The position numbers and the translations under genes were made by a program. The notes beneath the pieces are model-generated. The model ran no database searches. It had not been told where the DNA came from and saw only the letters and a program-made list of their open reading frames with translations. Positions 55,526 to 64,000 of a stretch of 64,000 nt of DNA are shown piece by piece. Source of the stretch: Desulfobacteraceae bacterium (GTDB lineage: Bacteria > Desulfobacterota > Desulfobacteria > Desulfobacterales > JAABSP01); contig JAABSZ010000004.1 of the NCBI GenBank assembly GCA_011390135.1, positions 130-64,129 on the forward strand, in the 5' to 3' direction. Each line of letters starts with the position of its first letter. The stretch's first letter is position 1.

Positions 55526-57628
55526 TTACTGTTCTGTTCGCTCTTGTTGCTCTTGAATTACAGGCTCCTGAACGGTCGGCAGTTCCATGACCACCGTGGC
55601 CCCTTTTCCTTCTCCGTCACTGTCGAGAAGAAGTGTTCCGCCGTGGCTTTCCACAATGTTTCGGCACTGGTAGAGGCCGATTCCGGAATTGCGGTTTTTG
55701 GTGCTGTATCCTTTTTCAAAAAGCTTTTCACCCTGTTCCGGTGAAAAACCGCATCCATTGTCAGCAATGGTGATCCCGATCCGCTCTTTCCACGGGATGT
55801 TTTCAATGTCGATGTCGATCACCGGCTCCGGGGGCACATCTTTGACATCAAATGCTTCGCAGACATTTTTGAGCAGGTTCAAAAAGACCTGCATCAGCCG
55901 GGTCCGGTCTCCGGAGACCCGAGAAAGATTTCCGTCGTACTTTCTCCGGATCTTGATCTTCCGCTTTTGAAAGCCGCCGATATTCATGGCAATGGCATCT
56001 TCGATCAACTCCGGAATATCGATATAGACCTTTTTCCCCATCCGCCCCTCCTGGGCATACTGGCGCTGGAGGTGAAGGATCTCGTTGATATGGCCAAGGG
56101 TCTTTGTCATCCGCTCCACATTCCCCCGGAATTCCAGGAAGCGGTTTTCCAAACTGCTGTTCAACTCCCGGACAAATGTGATCAGCGCCTCTCCCTTTCC
56201 GGGCCCCAATGCTGTTTCCAGGGAATCCTTCTGCCCTTCGAAAAGCCTCTGAAGGCGCTCCATCGCATCCCGTTCGGGCCACTGCTCCCCCAGCAGACCC
56301 GTCAGCAGTGTCCCCAGCGCGGTGACCGCATTGCCGATATCATGGAGAACACTGGAGGCCATCTCTATCTTCCCCTGCTGCATGGCCTCCTGCTGCATGG
56401 CCTCCACGATCTTCTTCTTGATCTGAACCTCTTCGGTGTTGTCGAGGATTGCGCCTTCGGTATATCCTCTTTCCCCATAATGGGCCGCGCTCAGGATCAG
56501 CGAGCGCTCGTTCCCGTGCCGATCCCGGACCGCGAGATCGAGATTGTCCACCTTCCCCTCGGTATCGAGGATCTTCTTGAGCCGATTCCGATCCGCGATG
56601 TTGATATAGCAATTTCGGGGAACCATCTCGGCCTTCATCTTTGCCGGGGAATCATAGCCGAAGATCTTTGCCGCGGCCGGGTTTGCCTCCAGCACGGTCG
56701 ATCCGTCCGGCGTGATTCTGAAGATCCCCACCAGTGCGGTGTCGAAAAGATTCCGATACTGCGCCTCCCGCTCCTTGAGCTGGGAGAAGATCAGCTTGAA
56801 AGGCTTTCTCAAACCAGTCTCCACAATGGCCTTGTAGATCATATAGTAGGAGGCGAACTTCAAAAAGTGCCCCACGAGATTGGAAAGGCCGTAGGCGCTG
56901 ATATAAAGGGTAAGGATGAATTCGCTGATCATGGTCAAAAAGATGGCCCCCGAAATCAGCAGGTAGAGATTCTGATCAAAGCGATTCCGGTTCCGGTAGA
57001 TATGGATGAGGGCAGCAATCAGAATCAGGCAGATGATGTATTCGCCGGCAATCTTGAAGGGGGTTTGACTCAGACCCGGGACCAGGCATTCGGGGAAAAT
57101 ATCCCAGATGAAGATCGACATCAGTAAAAAGGCGGTCACCGCCCCCAAAAAGGTAAAAAAAGCGCCATAGGAGATCCGGGGCTTTGTGCCGAAAAAAAGA
57201 GGTATCCCCAGCAGCGTCAGGCTCTCCATAAAGCGGGCAGCAACCCAGAGCTGGACAGAATACCCCTCGCCTTGGGCCAGGATGTCCATGCCGCTGTAGC
57301 TCAGGGTATGGAAGAGATCGAGTACCGAGATGAAGAGATAGGCGATCCCTGCATAGACCAGGACCTGATTTTCCGTGAGGTCCCTGGCATTCCAGGAGAC
57401 CAGAAAGACCGCAAAAGCGATGACAATGCTGAAGATCTCCGCAAGGGTATGGAAAAGGAGGTAATTATGGATGGAGATAAGAAAGAACAGCAGTCCCAGC
57501 AGAAGGAAGAAGGTCACCTTCTGCAGGAAGCCCTTCACTTCTTTTCCGACTGCGGTATCTGACGACATGCCCGATCTTCCGGAAAACTTCAATATCCACG
57601 ATCCCTTTCCGAACATATCTTCTATCAT
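55526..57628 (-). CDS. MASE3-PAS sensor histidine kinase
   Basis: 700 aa with an N-terminal polytopic domain carrying LFHTLAEIFSIVIAFAVF (MASE3-like), a PAS segment and a divergent HisKA/HATPase_c (DNGCGF, GIGLYQCR). The start may instead be ATG 57568. Confidence 0.8.
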   Translation of the reverse strand: MIEDMFGKGSWILKFSGRSGMSSDTAVGKEVKGFLQKVTFFLLLGLLFFLISIHNYLLFHTLAEIFSIVIAFAVFLVSWNARDLTENQVLVYAGIAYLFISVLDLFHTLSYSGMDILAQGEGYSVQLWVAARFMESLTLLGIPLFFGTKPRISYGAFFTFLGAVTAFLLMSIFIWDIFPECLVPGLSQTPFKIAGEYIICLILIAALIHIYRNRNRFDQNLYLLISGAIFLTMISEFILTLYISAYGLSNLVGHFLKFASYYMIYKAIVETGLRKPFKLIFSQLKEREAQYRNLFDTALVGIFRITPDGSTVLEANPAAAKIFGYDSPAKMKAEMVPRNCYINIADRNRLKKILDTEGKVDNLDLAVRDRHGNERSLILSAAHYGERGYTEGAILDNTEEVQIKKKIVEAMQQEAMQQGKIEMASSVLHDIGNAVTALGTLLTGLLGEQWPERDAMERLQRLFEGQKDSLETALGPGKGEALITFVRELNSSLENRFLEFRGNVERMTKTLGHINEILHLQRQYAQEGRMGKKVYIDIPELIEDAIAMNIGGFQKRKIKIRRKYDGNLSRVSGDRTRLMQVFLNLLKNVCEAFDVKDVPPEPVIDIDIENIPWKERIGITIADNGCGFSPEQGEKLFEKGYSTKNRNSGIGLYQCRNIVESHGGTLLLDSDGEGKGATVVMELPTVQEPVIQEQQERTEQ

Positions 57629-57683
57629 ATTCCGAAGAGGCTGTTTTCGTCAAATAAAATGGATGAATCCGTCGGTTTAAGGG

Positions 57684-57711
57684 GCATCGGGAGTTTTCAG
57701 GCTCCCGATGC
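57684..57711. other. GC-rich 10-bp stem-loop between the small ORF and the MASE3 kinase gene
   Basis: GCATCGGGAG (57684-57693) pairs with CTCCCGATGC (57702-57711). No U-tract follows on the minus strand, so it is not a classical terminator. Confidence 0.5.
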
Positions 57712-57718
57712 GCGGGAT

Positions 57719-57871
57719 CTACTTATCCGGATTTTCCGCGGGCTTTTTCTTTTTGTCTGTCACCTGACAGGCATCACGCACTCAGGTGGAGACGCCCATT
57801 TTGGGAAGGATATATCCCTGCAGCAGAAACCATATACCGATAAAACCGAGAAATATCAGAATCTCTTTCAA
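57719..57871 (-). CDS. candidate small membrane selenoprotein (50 codons if TGA-30 is read as Sec; 29 aa if it is a stop)
   Basis: TTG start at 57871, 7 nt after AAGGAGG. The product reads MKEILIFLGFIGIWFLLQGYILPKMGVST-[TGA 57784-57782]-VRDACQVTDKKKKPAENPDK-TAG. A hairpin CUGUC-AGGU-GACAG (57770-57757) begins 11 nt after the UGA. Confidence 0.35.
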
Positions 57872-58058
57872 ACCAACACCTCCTTTTTCAAAGAATTTTC
57901 CCTTGTCTCTTCTTCCGATGGAATATAAAGTATAAGATGGCTCCGCCCCCGGTGCAAGGCTTAATAAGCCCTTTTAACCGGATATTTTCTTTTGACGGCA
58001 CAGATGCTATAGAAAGATGCCGTATACTTGTAAGCAGAACACTTCAGCGGAGGAGAGG

Positions 58059-59549
58059 ATGCGTTTTTTAAAGCGAGTCGGAAAAAGGAGCATTCGGATC
58101 AAGCTGATGCTGCTGGTGTTATTGAGCATCGCAGGGATCGGCGCGATCACCGGCATCAACATCTATCTGGACAGGATGATTCAAAAGGATCTGGATATCG
58201 GAACCCTGAGCCAGGAATTGGTCCGGGATGTTCTACAGGTGATGATGGTGGAGGCCGACTATCTCTACCAGAACCTTCCCGAACTTCTCGATGAGTATGA
58301 GCAGGTCGATGCCTCGCTGCACAGGACCATCGAAGAGATCCGGGGGATCACCGACAATCCCGAGGTCATGGAGCAGATCAGAGGCATACTCCGATTGGAC
58401 GAAAAGCGCCAGGAACTCTTCGGCAGAGCCCGGGACAATATCGGGAAGATGAACCAGTACAAGACTATGCTCGAATCGACTCCGCAGCTCAACCGGCTCG
58501 AGGCGGAGATGAGAGCGCTCCGGAATGCCGACAATTCCCTTTGGAAAGAATTGAAGGCCGCGGGGATGGCGGTTCGGGACAAGGCCCTGGAGATCGGCCG
58601 GATGAGCCGTGAGACGGTCCGGAAGAGTACAGAGCTGAGAAGCAGGGCCGGCATCGGCTTCACCCTGGCCGCGGCTGCGGCCCTGATTCTGTTGAGCGTT
58701 CTCCTCTACCGTTCGATCATCAAACCGGTCAAGGGAACCGTTTCGGGCATCGACATCATCACCGCGCAGGTGCTCTCCGCGTCCAATGAGCTGGCCCGGG
58801 CCAGCCAGAGCCTATCCGAAGGCGCTTCGGAACAGGCGGCCGCGCTGGAAGAGATCGCTTCGGCCATCGAAGAGATGTTCGCGGTCAGCCGGAAGGTGGT
58901 AATGGACACGGAGAACGCCAACCAACTGATGAACGAAAACATGGAAAAATCGGGGCAATCCCTCAAGTCTCTGGTAGATCTGACCCGGAGCATGACCGAG
59001 ATCGAATCGGACAGTGACCGGATCGGCGGCATCATCAAGACCATCGACGGGATCGCGTTTCAGACCAATCTTTTGGCCCTCAATGCCGCAGTGGAGGCGG
59101 CCCGGGCCGGAGATGCCGGCAGCGGATTCGCGGTGGTGGCCGACGAGGTCAGGAATCTGGCCATCCAGACCACCGAGGCCGCCAAAAGGACCCAGGATCT
59201 GCTCAATGCCACCATCGGCCGGGTGATGGAAGCGGCCAAAGCCATCAAAGGGATCAACACCGACTTCGAGGGGATCATCGAATCGGCCACGATCATGGGA
59301 GAGAAGAGCCAGTCCATCTCCAAGTCCAGCCGGATGCAGAACCGGGGGCTTGAAAGCATCAATCTGGCCTTACGGGAGATGGATAAGATGACCCAGCAGA
59401 ATGCGGCCAGCGCACAGGAGTCGGCCTCAACCTGCCAGGAACTGCGGAATCATGCCGAGAAGATGATGGAGATCGTGGATGAACTCTCCGCGCTGGTGGA
59501 AAGAGGAAACTCAGGAAACCCGGGGGCCGACGGGAACTATTCCCGGTAA
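58059..59549 (+). CDS. methyl-accepting chemotaxis protein
   Basis: The ATG at 58059 follows GGAGGAGAGG. The protein has an N-terminal TM, a helical sensor, a second TM and an MCP signalling domain ([37 protein letters not shown]). Confidence 0.9.
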   Translation: MRFLKRVGKRSIRIKLMLLVLLSIAGIGAITGINIYLDRMIQKDLDIGTLSQELVRDVLQVMMVEADYLYQNLPELLDEYEQVDASLHRTIEEIRGITDNPEVMEQIRGILRLDEKRQELFGRARDNIGKMNQYKTMLESTPQLNRLEAEMRALRNADNSLWKELKAAGMAVRDKALEIGRMSRETVRKSTELRSRAGIGFTLAAAAALILLSVLLYRSIIKPVKGTVSGIDIITAQVLSASNELARASQSLSEGASEQAAALEEIASAIEEMFAVSRKVVMDTENANQLMNENMEKSGQSLKSLVDLTRSMTEIESDSDRIGGIIKTIDGIAFQTNLLALNAAVEAARAGDAGSGFAVVADEVRNLAIQTTEAAKRTQDLLNATIGRVMEAAKAIKGINTDFEGIIESATIMGEKSQSISKSSRMQNRGLESINLALREMDKMTQQNAASAQESASTCQELRNHAEKMMEIVDELSALVERGNSGNPGADGNYSR

Positions 59550-60928
59550 TCGTCCGATCTTATCCCGTAACGCCGCATGACCTGTTGCAGGGACTGCCGC
59601 TCCAGACCGCACATCTTCGCGGCCTGGGTCACATTCCCCCCGCTTTCCATCAGCAGATGGCCGATATAGGCCCGGTTGAACCGGCTCAGGATCTCCTCCT
59701 TGGCCTCCTTGTACGGCAGCACCAAGGTATCCTCGGCAACCCCTCCGGCTTTGGGCGCAGCCGGCTTCAACCCCACATCTCCGGGGAGAACCATCTCTCC
59801 TTTTGAGAAGAGGATCCCCTGGATTATGATATTCTCCAGCTCCCGGATGTTCCCCTCCCACTTTCGATCCAAAAAGATATCCATCAGCTCCGAAGAGATG
59901 CTTTTGAGCGGCTTTGAAAGCTTTGTGCAGTGCTTCTCCAGAAGATGATCGGCCAGCAGCGGAATATCCTCTTTTCTCTCCTGAAGCTGCGGCACCACGA
60001 TCGGCAGCACATTCAGCCGGTAGAAAAAATCATCCCGGAACTCCCCTTTTCGGATCTTCTCCTTAAGATCCTGGTTGGTGGAGGCGATGATCCGGACATC
60101 CACGGTGATGGCCCGGGTATCGCCAAGAGGCTTGATCTCCTTCTCCTGAAGCACCCGGAGAAGCTTTGTCTGCATGGCCGGGCTGATATCGCCGATCTCA
60201 TCCAGAAAGATGGTCCCCCCGTGCGCCTCCTGAAAGAGCCCGATCCGGTTCTGTGTCGCATGGGTGAATGCCCCCTTCCTGTATCCGAAGAGTTCGCTCT
60301 CCAGGATATGCTCCGGAACCGTAGGACAGTTCACGGCCACAAAGGACTTCCCCGCTCTTGGGCTAAGCCGGTGAACCGCCCTTGCGGTCAATTCCTTTCC
60401 CGTGCCCGACTCGCCCGTGATCAAGACCGTCACATCGGTCTTTGCCACCATCCGGATAGTCTCGTAAACCCTTTGCATGGCGGGGCTTTTGCCCACGATA
60501 TTCTCCAGCCCTTCGGCCCCCTTACATACCTTTTTCAGCCGGATATTCTCCTGTAAAAGGGTGCTGCGCTCCAGCGCCTTTTCCAGCCGCAGGATCAGCG
60601 CATCATGGTCAAAGGGCTTGGTGATGAAGTCATAGGCCCCCTGTTTCATGGCCGAGACCGCGATATCAATGCTGCCGTAGGCCGTCATCATCATGACGGT
60701 CGTCTCGGGATGGTTCTGCCGGATCAGCCCCAGCAGCTCCAGCCCGTCCATGCGGGCCATCTTGATATCGGCCAGCACCAGATCCACAGGCGCTTTGGAA
60801 AGCATCTGAAGCGCAGCCTCCCCCGAAGGGGCCGTCTTCACAACACAGTCCAAGTCCGGCTCCAGGCTCCGCTTCAGCAGCACCAGCATATCAGGCTCAT
60901 CATCAACGATGAGAATCGTCTGCGCCAT
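59537..60928 (-). CDS. sigma54-dependent response regulator (NtrC family)
   Basis: REC ([10 protein letters not shown]...[11 protein letters not shown]), an AAA+ domain with GESGTGKE and GAFTHA, and a C-terminal HTH ([24 protein letters not shown]). Its 3' end overlaps the convergent MCP gene by 13 bp. Confidence 0.9.
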   Translation of the reverse strand: MAQTILIVDDEPDMLVLLKRSLEPDLDCVVKTAPSGEAALQMLSKAPVDLVLADIKMARMDGLELLGLIRQNHPETTVMMMTAYGSIDIAVSAMKQGAYDFITKPFDHDALILRLEKALERSTLLQENIRLKKVCKGAEGLENIVGKSPAMQRVYETIRMVAKTDVTVLITGESGTGKELTARAVHRLSPRAGKSFVAVNCPTVPEHILESELFGYRKGAFTHATQNRIGLFQEAHGGTIFLDEIGDISPAMQTKLLRVLQEKEIKPLGDTRAITVDVRIIASTNQDLKEKIRKGEFRDDFFYRLNVLPIVVPQLQERKEDIPLLADHLLEKHCTKLSKPLKSISSELMDIFLDRKWEGNIRELENIIIQGILFSKGEMVLPGDVGLKPAAPKAGGVAEDTLVLPYKEAKEEILSRFNRAYIGHLLMESGGNVTQAAKMCGLERQSLQQVMRRYGIRSDDYRE

Positions 60929-62177
60929 CACGCCCCCCCTGCACTTCTCCTATCCTCTCCCTCCCTCCATCCGGTCCTTTTCGTCCTTTTTGTCCTTTTG
61001 GTCCTTTTTTATACTCGGTTTTAAACCCGGTTTTTTCCGCTAAAACCGCCGGCAGCCACACCGTAAACGCAGCCCCCTCCCCCGGCAGACTCTCCACTTC
61101 AATTTCACCGCCATGATTCTTGATGATCCCGTAGCTCACCGAAAGCCCCAGCCCGGTCCCCTCTCCGGTCGGCTTGGTAGTAAAAAAAGGGTCAAAGATC
61201 CGCGGCAGGTTCTTTGCCTCGATCCCGTATCCGCTGTCTTCCACCCGGATCGCCACAAGCCTTTGTTCCCCATCCCACCTTGTGGAAAGGAAAATCCTTC
61301 CGGCCGCTCCCACGGCATGGCGGGCATTCATCATCAGATTCACCAGCACCTGCCGCACCTTCTTCTCATCCAGATATAAGGGCGGCACCGCGGGATCATA
61401 CTCCCTTACAATCTCCACATCCTCCAGCCGGGAGTGGTGACGAATGAAATTTATCCCCTCATCGATGATCTCATGGATCTGAACCATCTCCTTTGCCGGA
61501 GGCGCGCTCCGGGCGAAATTGAGCAGATCCTCCACAATGGCCTTGCAGTTCTTAACATGCTTTTCGATGATCTTAAGATCTTCATATTTCTGGGACTCCC
61601 GATCCTCCCCCCGCAGCAGCAACTGGGTATATCCCAGGATGATCCCCAGCGGGTTGTTGATCTCATGGGCAATCCCCGAAGAGAGCTGCCCGATCGAGGC
61701 CAGCCTGTCCGCCTGGACCATCTGTTTCTCTGACCGGGCCAGCGCCTCTGTCCGCTCCGCCACCAGCTTTTCAAGGTTCTGGTTCATGAAGATCAGTTCC
61801 CCGTGGGCCTCCTGCAGGGCTCTTTTGTCTGAAAGAATCCGGCCGTAGATGCTCCAGATCCGTTCGAAGAAGAGCGTCACCGAGGCCACCAGAATCAGGG
61901 TGAAGGTGTTGATGGTTCCGCTGTATGCAGCGATATCACTCCAGATCTCTTCATGCCCTGCCAGCAGAAGGATCTGCTTTAAAATATGTCCGGCCGACCG
62001 GGAGACCGAAAATGCCCCGAGGCCGTAGCAGACCCAGAGGAGATAGGTCCAGATCAGATTTCCCGGATCTTTCCGCTTGAGCATCCGGACCAGATCGAGG
62101 CAGAGAAATGAGAAGACGATCATCAGCACCGATCCGACCAGATCGACCAGCAGGATGGGAATGGCCGTCACCACCAT
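60903..62177 (-). CDS. membrane sensor histidine kinase (partner of the sigma54 regulator)
   Basis: 424 aa with 4 N-terminal TM segments, an H-box AHEINNPLGII and HATPase_c motifs (DSGYGI, GTGLGLSVSYG). About 45 residues of low-complexity tail follow ...FTVWLPAV. Confidence 0.85.
   Translation of the reverse strand: MVVTAIPILLVDLVGSVLMIVFSFLCLDLVRMLKRKDPGNLIWTYLLWVCYGLGAFSVSRSAGHILKQILLLAGHEEIWSDIAAYSGTINTFTLILVASVTLFFERIWSIYGRILSDKRALQEAHGELIFMNQNLEKLVAERTEALARSEKQMVQADRLASIGQLSSGIAHEINNPLGIILGYTQLLLRGEDRESQKYEDLKIIEKHVKNCKAIVEDLLNFARSAPPAKEMVQIHEIIDEGINFIRHHSRLEDVEIVREYDPAVPPLYLDEKKVRQVLVNLMMNARHAVGAAGRIFLSTRWDGEQRLVAIRVEDSGYGIEAKNLPRIFDPFFTTKPTGEGTGLGLSVSYGIIKNHGGEIEVESLPGEGAAFTVWLPAVLAEKTGFKTEYKKGPKGQKGRKGPDGGRERIGEVQGGRDGADDSHR
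60974..61004 (-). repeat. 9-bp phased GGAC repeat (minus strand AAAAGGAC x4) inside the kinase 3' tail / ntrC-type leader
   Basis: GTCC occurs on the plus strand at 60974, 60983, 60992 and 61001. The repeat translates as KGPKGQKGRKGP in the kinase frame and contains the same AAGGACGAAAA core as 25166-25176 and 35028-35038. Confidence 0.8.
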
Positions 62178-62178
62178 T

Positions 62179-62655
62179 TCACCCCTCCTTTTCCGGAACG
62201 CTCTCCCCGCCCTTTTCGTGAACCAGCCCTTTCAACCCCATATAGAGCAGAATCAGCGCGGGTACGCAGAGGAGATGATCCAGTTTGGCCGTATAGTAGA
62301 GGGGGATCAGCCATTGGAGGCCCGCATCGGTATCGATGGCCATCTCCAGACTCCCGATCCGCCGGGTCCGGATCAGCTCGAGCTGCTCATCCAGCAGATG
62401 GACGAAAAAGGCATCCGATGTCCATAAAATGAAAAACATCGCGGAATAGCCGATGCATCGCCACCCCGGCTTTGCCGTCAGCCCGCGGTTCTTCAGCCAG
62501 TAGATGAGAATCCCCATCGAAATAAAGAAGAAGATGTGGGAGAGCTGGTGGATATATAACCCCTCCCGCCCCCCGTGGCCCTGAGTGGCCAAGGCCGAAC
62601 CCGGAAAGAGAAGAGAGATGAGGAGAAAGGAAAACAGAAAAAGAAAGGCACCCAT
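62179..62655 (-). CDS. small polytopic membrane protein, His-containing, unknown family
   Basis: 158 aa with a signal-like N-terminus and ATQGHGGREGLYIHQLSHIFFF, about 4 TM segments. Its stop is 1 nt from the kinase start. Confidence 0.5.
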   Translation of the reverse strand: MGAFLFLFSFLLISLLFPGSALATQGHGGREGLYIHQLSHIFFFISMGILIYWLKNRGLTAKPGWRCIGYSAMFFILWTSDAFFVHLLDEQLELIRTRRIGSLEMAIDTDAGLQWLIPLYYTAKLDHLLCVPALILLYMGLKGLVHEKGGESVPEKEG

Positions 62656-62672
62656 AGAAAAGCCGATCGCTC

Positions 62673-63275
62673 TCAGCCCTGTTTGGTGGCCTTTTGAGGC
62701 CCGATATCCCCAAATCTGATGAGCGGTTCACTTTCGGCCTCCCCTTCCCGGACCCATTTCCCGATGTTTCGGAAGTAGGGAAGCCGATGCTTGACCTTTC
62801 CGAAAAGGATATAGACGAGAATGTAGAGGGGAATGAAGCTGAAGGAATAACCTACCGCGTCTCCTATCAGTGGGAGTGATACGGGCAGGGCAAAATCGAC
62901 GTCGGCAAACCGCGTCTGCATCCATCCCAGTGCAAAGGGGATGGGCCAGAGGGAAGAGATGGAGAGGGCAACCTGGGAGAAAAAGACCTTTCCGAACGCG
63001 TCATTGGCTACCTTGTTGCATGCCTTGTAGGCATTCTTGTCCTTTGCCAGCAGCGCGCGCACCGAAAGGTTGTGCATCCGGACCATCTCCCGGTTGTCGC
63101 CCATTAGCCACTTCCGGTTGGCCCGAAATGCGACCGAAAGGGTGAACTGCCCCACCAGCACACAGAGAATGGCCAGCCAGAAAGAGCCTAATAGGAACCC
63201 GAAGATGGGGATCTCCAGCATCCGGTAAGGGTAGATGAGAAACGCATCGATCAGCAGATGTGCCTGATGCAGCAT
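62673..63275 (-). CDS. polytopic membrane protein, unknown family
   Basis: The start is set at ATG 63275 (MLHQAHLLIDAF...), behind AAAGGAG. It has about 5 TM segments. The track start is at 63311. Confidence 0.5.
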   Translation of the reverse strand: MLHQAHLLIDAFLIYPYRMLEIPIFGFLLGSFWLAILCVLVGQFTLSVAFRANRKWLMGDNREMVRMHNLSVRALLAKDKNAYKACNKVANDAFGKVFFSQVALSISSLWPIPFALGWMQTRFADVDFALPVSLPLIGDAVGYSFSFIPLYILVYILFGKVKHRLPYFRNIGKWVREGEAESEPLIRFGDIGPQKATKQG

Positions 63276-63407
63276 ATGGTCTCCTTTGGCTGCCTGTAGA
63301 GACAGCCGCATAAACTTCCCATTATGATTGGATGGGGCGGAACGCGCGGAGATTTCCGCCCCGAATCCCTTAACCTGCCTTTTCCTGCCTTCTTCAGCAG
63401 CGGATGG

Positions 63408-64000
63408 TCAGAACGGCGGAACGATGCTGTAGCCCAGAAATCCCTTGGTGGTGTAGCGGATACCCACATAGAGGGCCAGCACCACGAAGAGGCGCTTGAG
63501 CCAGATGTCCGGGATGTATTTCGATGTTCTGGGGCCGATCATGGAGCCGACGAAGATCCCCACCAGCTCCACGCCGATGAGGGCCCAATAGATCGGTACG
63601 CTCTTGATGACCATATAGGTGAAGATACTGGTGATCATGCCGATGAGCACCGTCAGCGCGGAAGTGCCGGCCACCAGGAACATGGGCAGGCCCGCGATGC
63701 TGGTGAGAAACGGCACAAAGAGAAAGCCGCCGCCGATCCCCAGAAACGAGGCGATGCCCGCGATGAAGAAGCCGCCGATGAGGGGGATGATGGGATTGAA
63801 GGAGAACTCCACGCCGTAGAAGGTGAAGCGGACTCTTTTGAAACTCCATTCCACGACCTTGACGCCGCCCTCCTCGGTCGATGCCGAGGAACTTTGGGCG
63901 ATATTGGCCTCCTCGAACCGCTTGGCCGCGGCCTTGGCCTCCTTTTTCCGGTTCTGCCCCCGGGGCGTGGTCTCATAGAAGAGAAAAGCGCCGATGACAA
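63408..64000 (-). CDS. TauE/SafE-family sulfite/anion exporter (5' end outside window)
   Basis: The C-terminal half reads ...IIPLIGGFFIAGIASFLGIGGGFLFVPFL...VGSMIGPR. The reading frame stays open upstream of the track GVG-type start to the window edge (VIGAFLFYETTPRGQNRKKEAKAAAKRFEEA...). Confidence 0.75.
   Translation of the reverse strand, partial: VIGAFLFYETTPRGQNRKKEAKAAAKRFEEANIAQSSSASTEEGGVKVVEWSFKRVRFTFYGVEFSFNPIIPLIGGFFIAGIASFLGIGGGFLFVPFLTSIAGLPMFLVAGTSALTVLIGMITSIFTYMVIKSVPIYWALIGVELVGIFVGSMIGPRTSKYIPDIWLKRLFVVLALYVGIRYTTKGFLGYSIVPPF

Noticed and set aside
57659-57928. 89-aa plus-strand ORF between the MASE3 kinase and the MCP gene
   Set aside because: It has no RBS and no motifs. 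It lies opposite the short minus-strand ORF, which has a strong RBS and a clean TM helix, and it includes the GC-rich hairpin.
57872-64000. Search for sigma54 (-24 GG / -12 GC) promoters near the NtrC-type regulator, and for TGGCAC sites elsewhere (for example 11939, 19961, 22900, 28050)
   Set aside because: The TGGCAC occurrences found lie inside coding regions and lack a TTGC/TGC element at the correct 5-nt spacing, so no sigma54 promoter is claimed.

Overview
GC-rich chromosomal segment that looks like a sulfate-reducing Desulfobacterota (deltaproteobacterium-type) genome. No rRNA, tRNA, CRISPR array, transposase or integrase was recognised. Gene content in order: (i) an outer-membrane and lipid A housekeeping block, lpxA-fabZ-lpxD-skp-bamA-lolDE-lysS, on the minus strand; (ii) a stranded pilC plus PilS-like kinase pair; (iii) a cluster of four TerD-domain genes (six TerD domains) with a TM-less M48-like metalloprotease and an anion permease; (iv) a GNAT/nitrilase fusion, ADP-forming acetyl-CoA synthetase and a dGTPase-like HD protein; (v) three YkgJ Cys-cluster paralogs around an SDR; (vi) the dissimilatory sulfate-reduction core aprBA-qmoABC; (vii) a porin, pepP, pgsA, polyprenyl synthase, rimO, etfBA, apbE and hypDE with a DsrE-like gene; (viii) an AI-2E transporter and a UPF0182 protein with an EEIPA repeat tail; (ix) a dense signalling island (hybrid RR-HK, MASE3 kinase, MCP, kinase plus sigma54 activator, TauE). 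Most interesting observations: the permease/TerD/M48 module, which lacks classical Ter partners; a 50-codon membrane ORF with an in-frame TGA followed at 11 nt by a SECIS-like hairpin (candidate selenoprotein); a dispersed intergenic repeat family with 9-nt phased GGAC motifs, two copies of which are bounded by terminal inverted repeats and one of which splits etfB from etfA; a GGA-rich, terminator-flanked 0.4-kb non-coding region after qmoC (candidate sRNA); phased ATGGATGA arrays shared by the TerD and porin upstream regions; and a symmetric double-terminator palindrome that supplies the last codons of a gene. All functional calls rest on motif recognition by eye, because no database search could be run. 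Many very long ORFs in the track are antisense shadows of real genes and were rejected.
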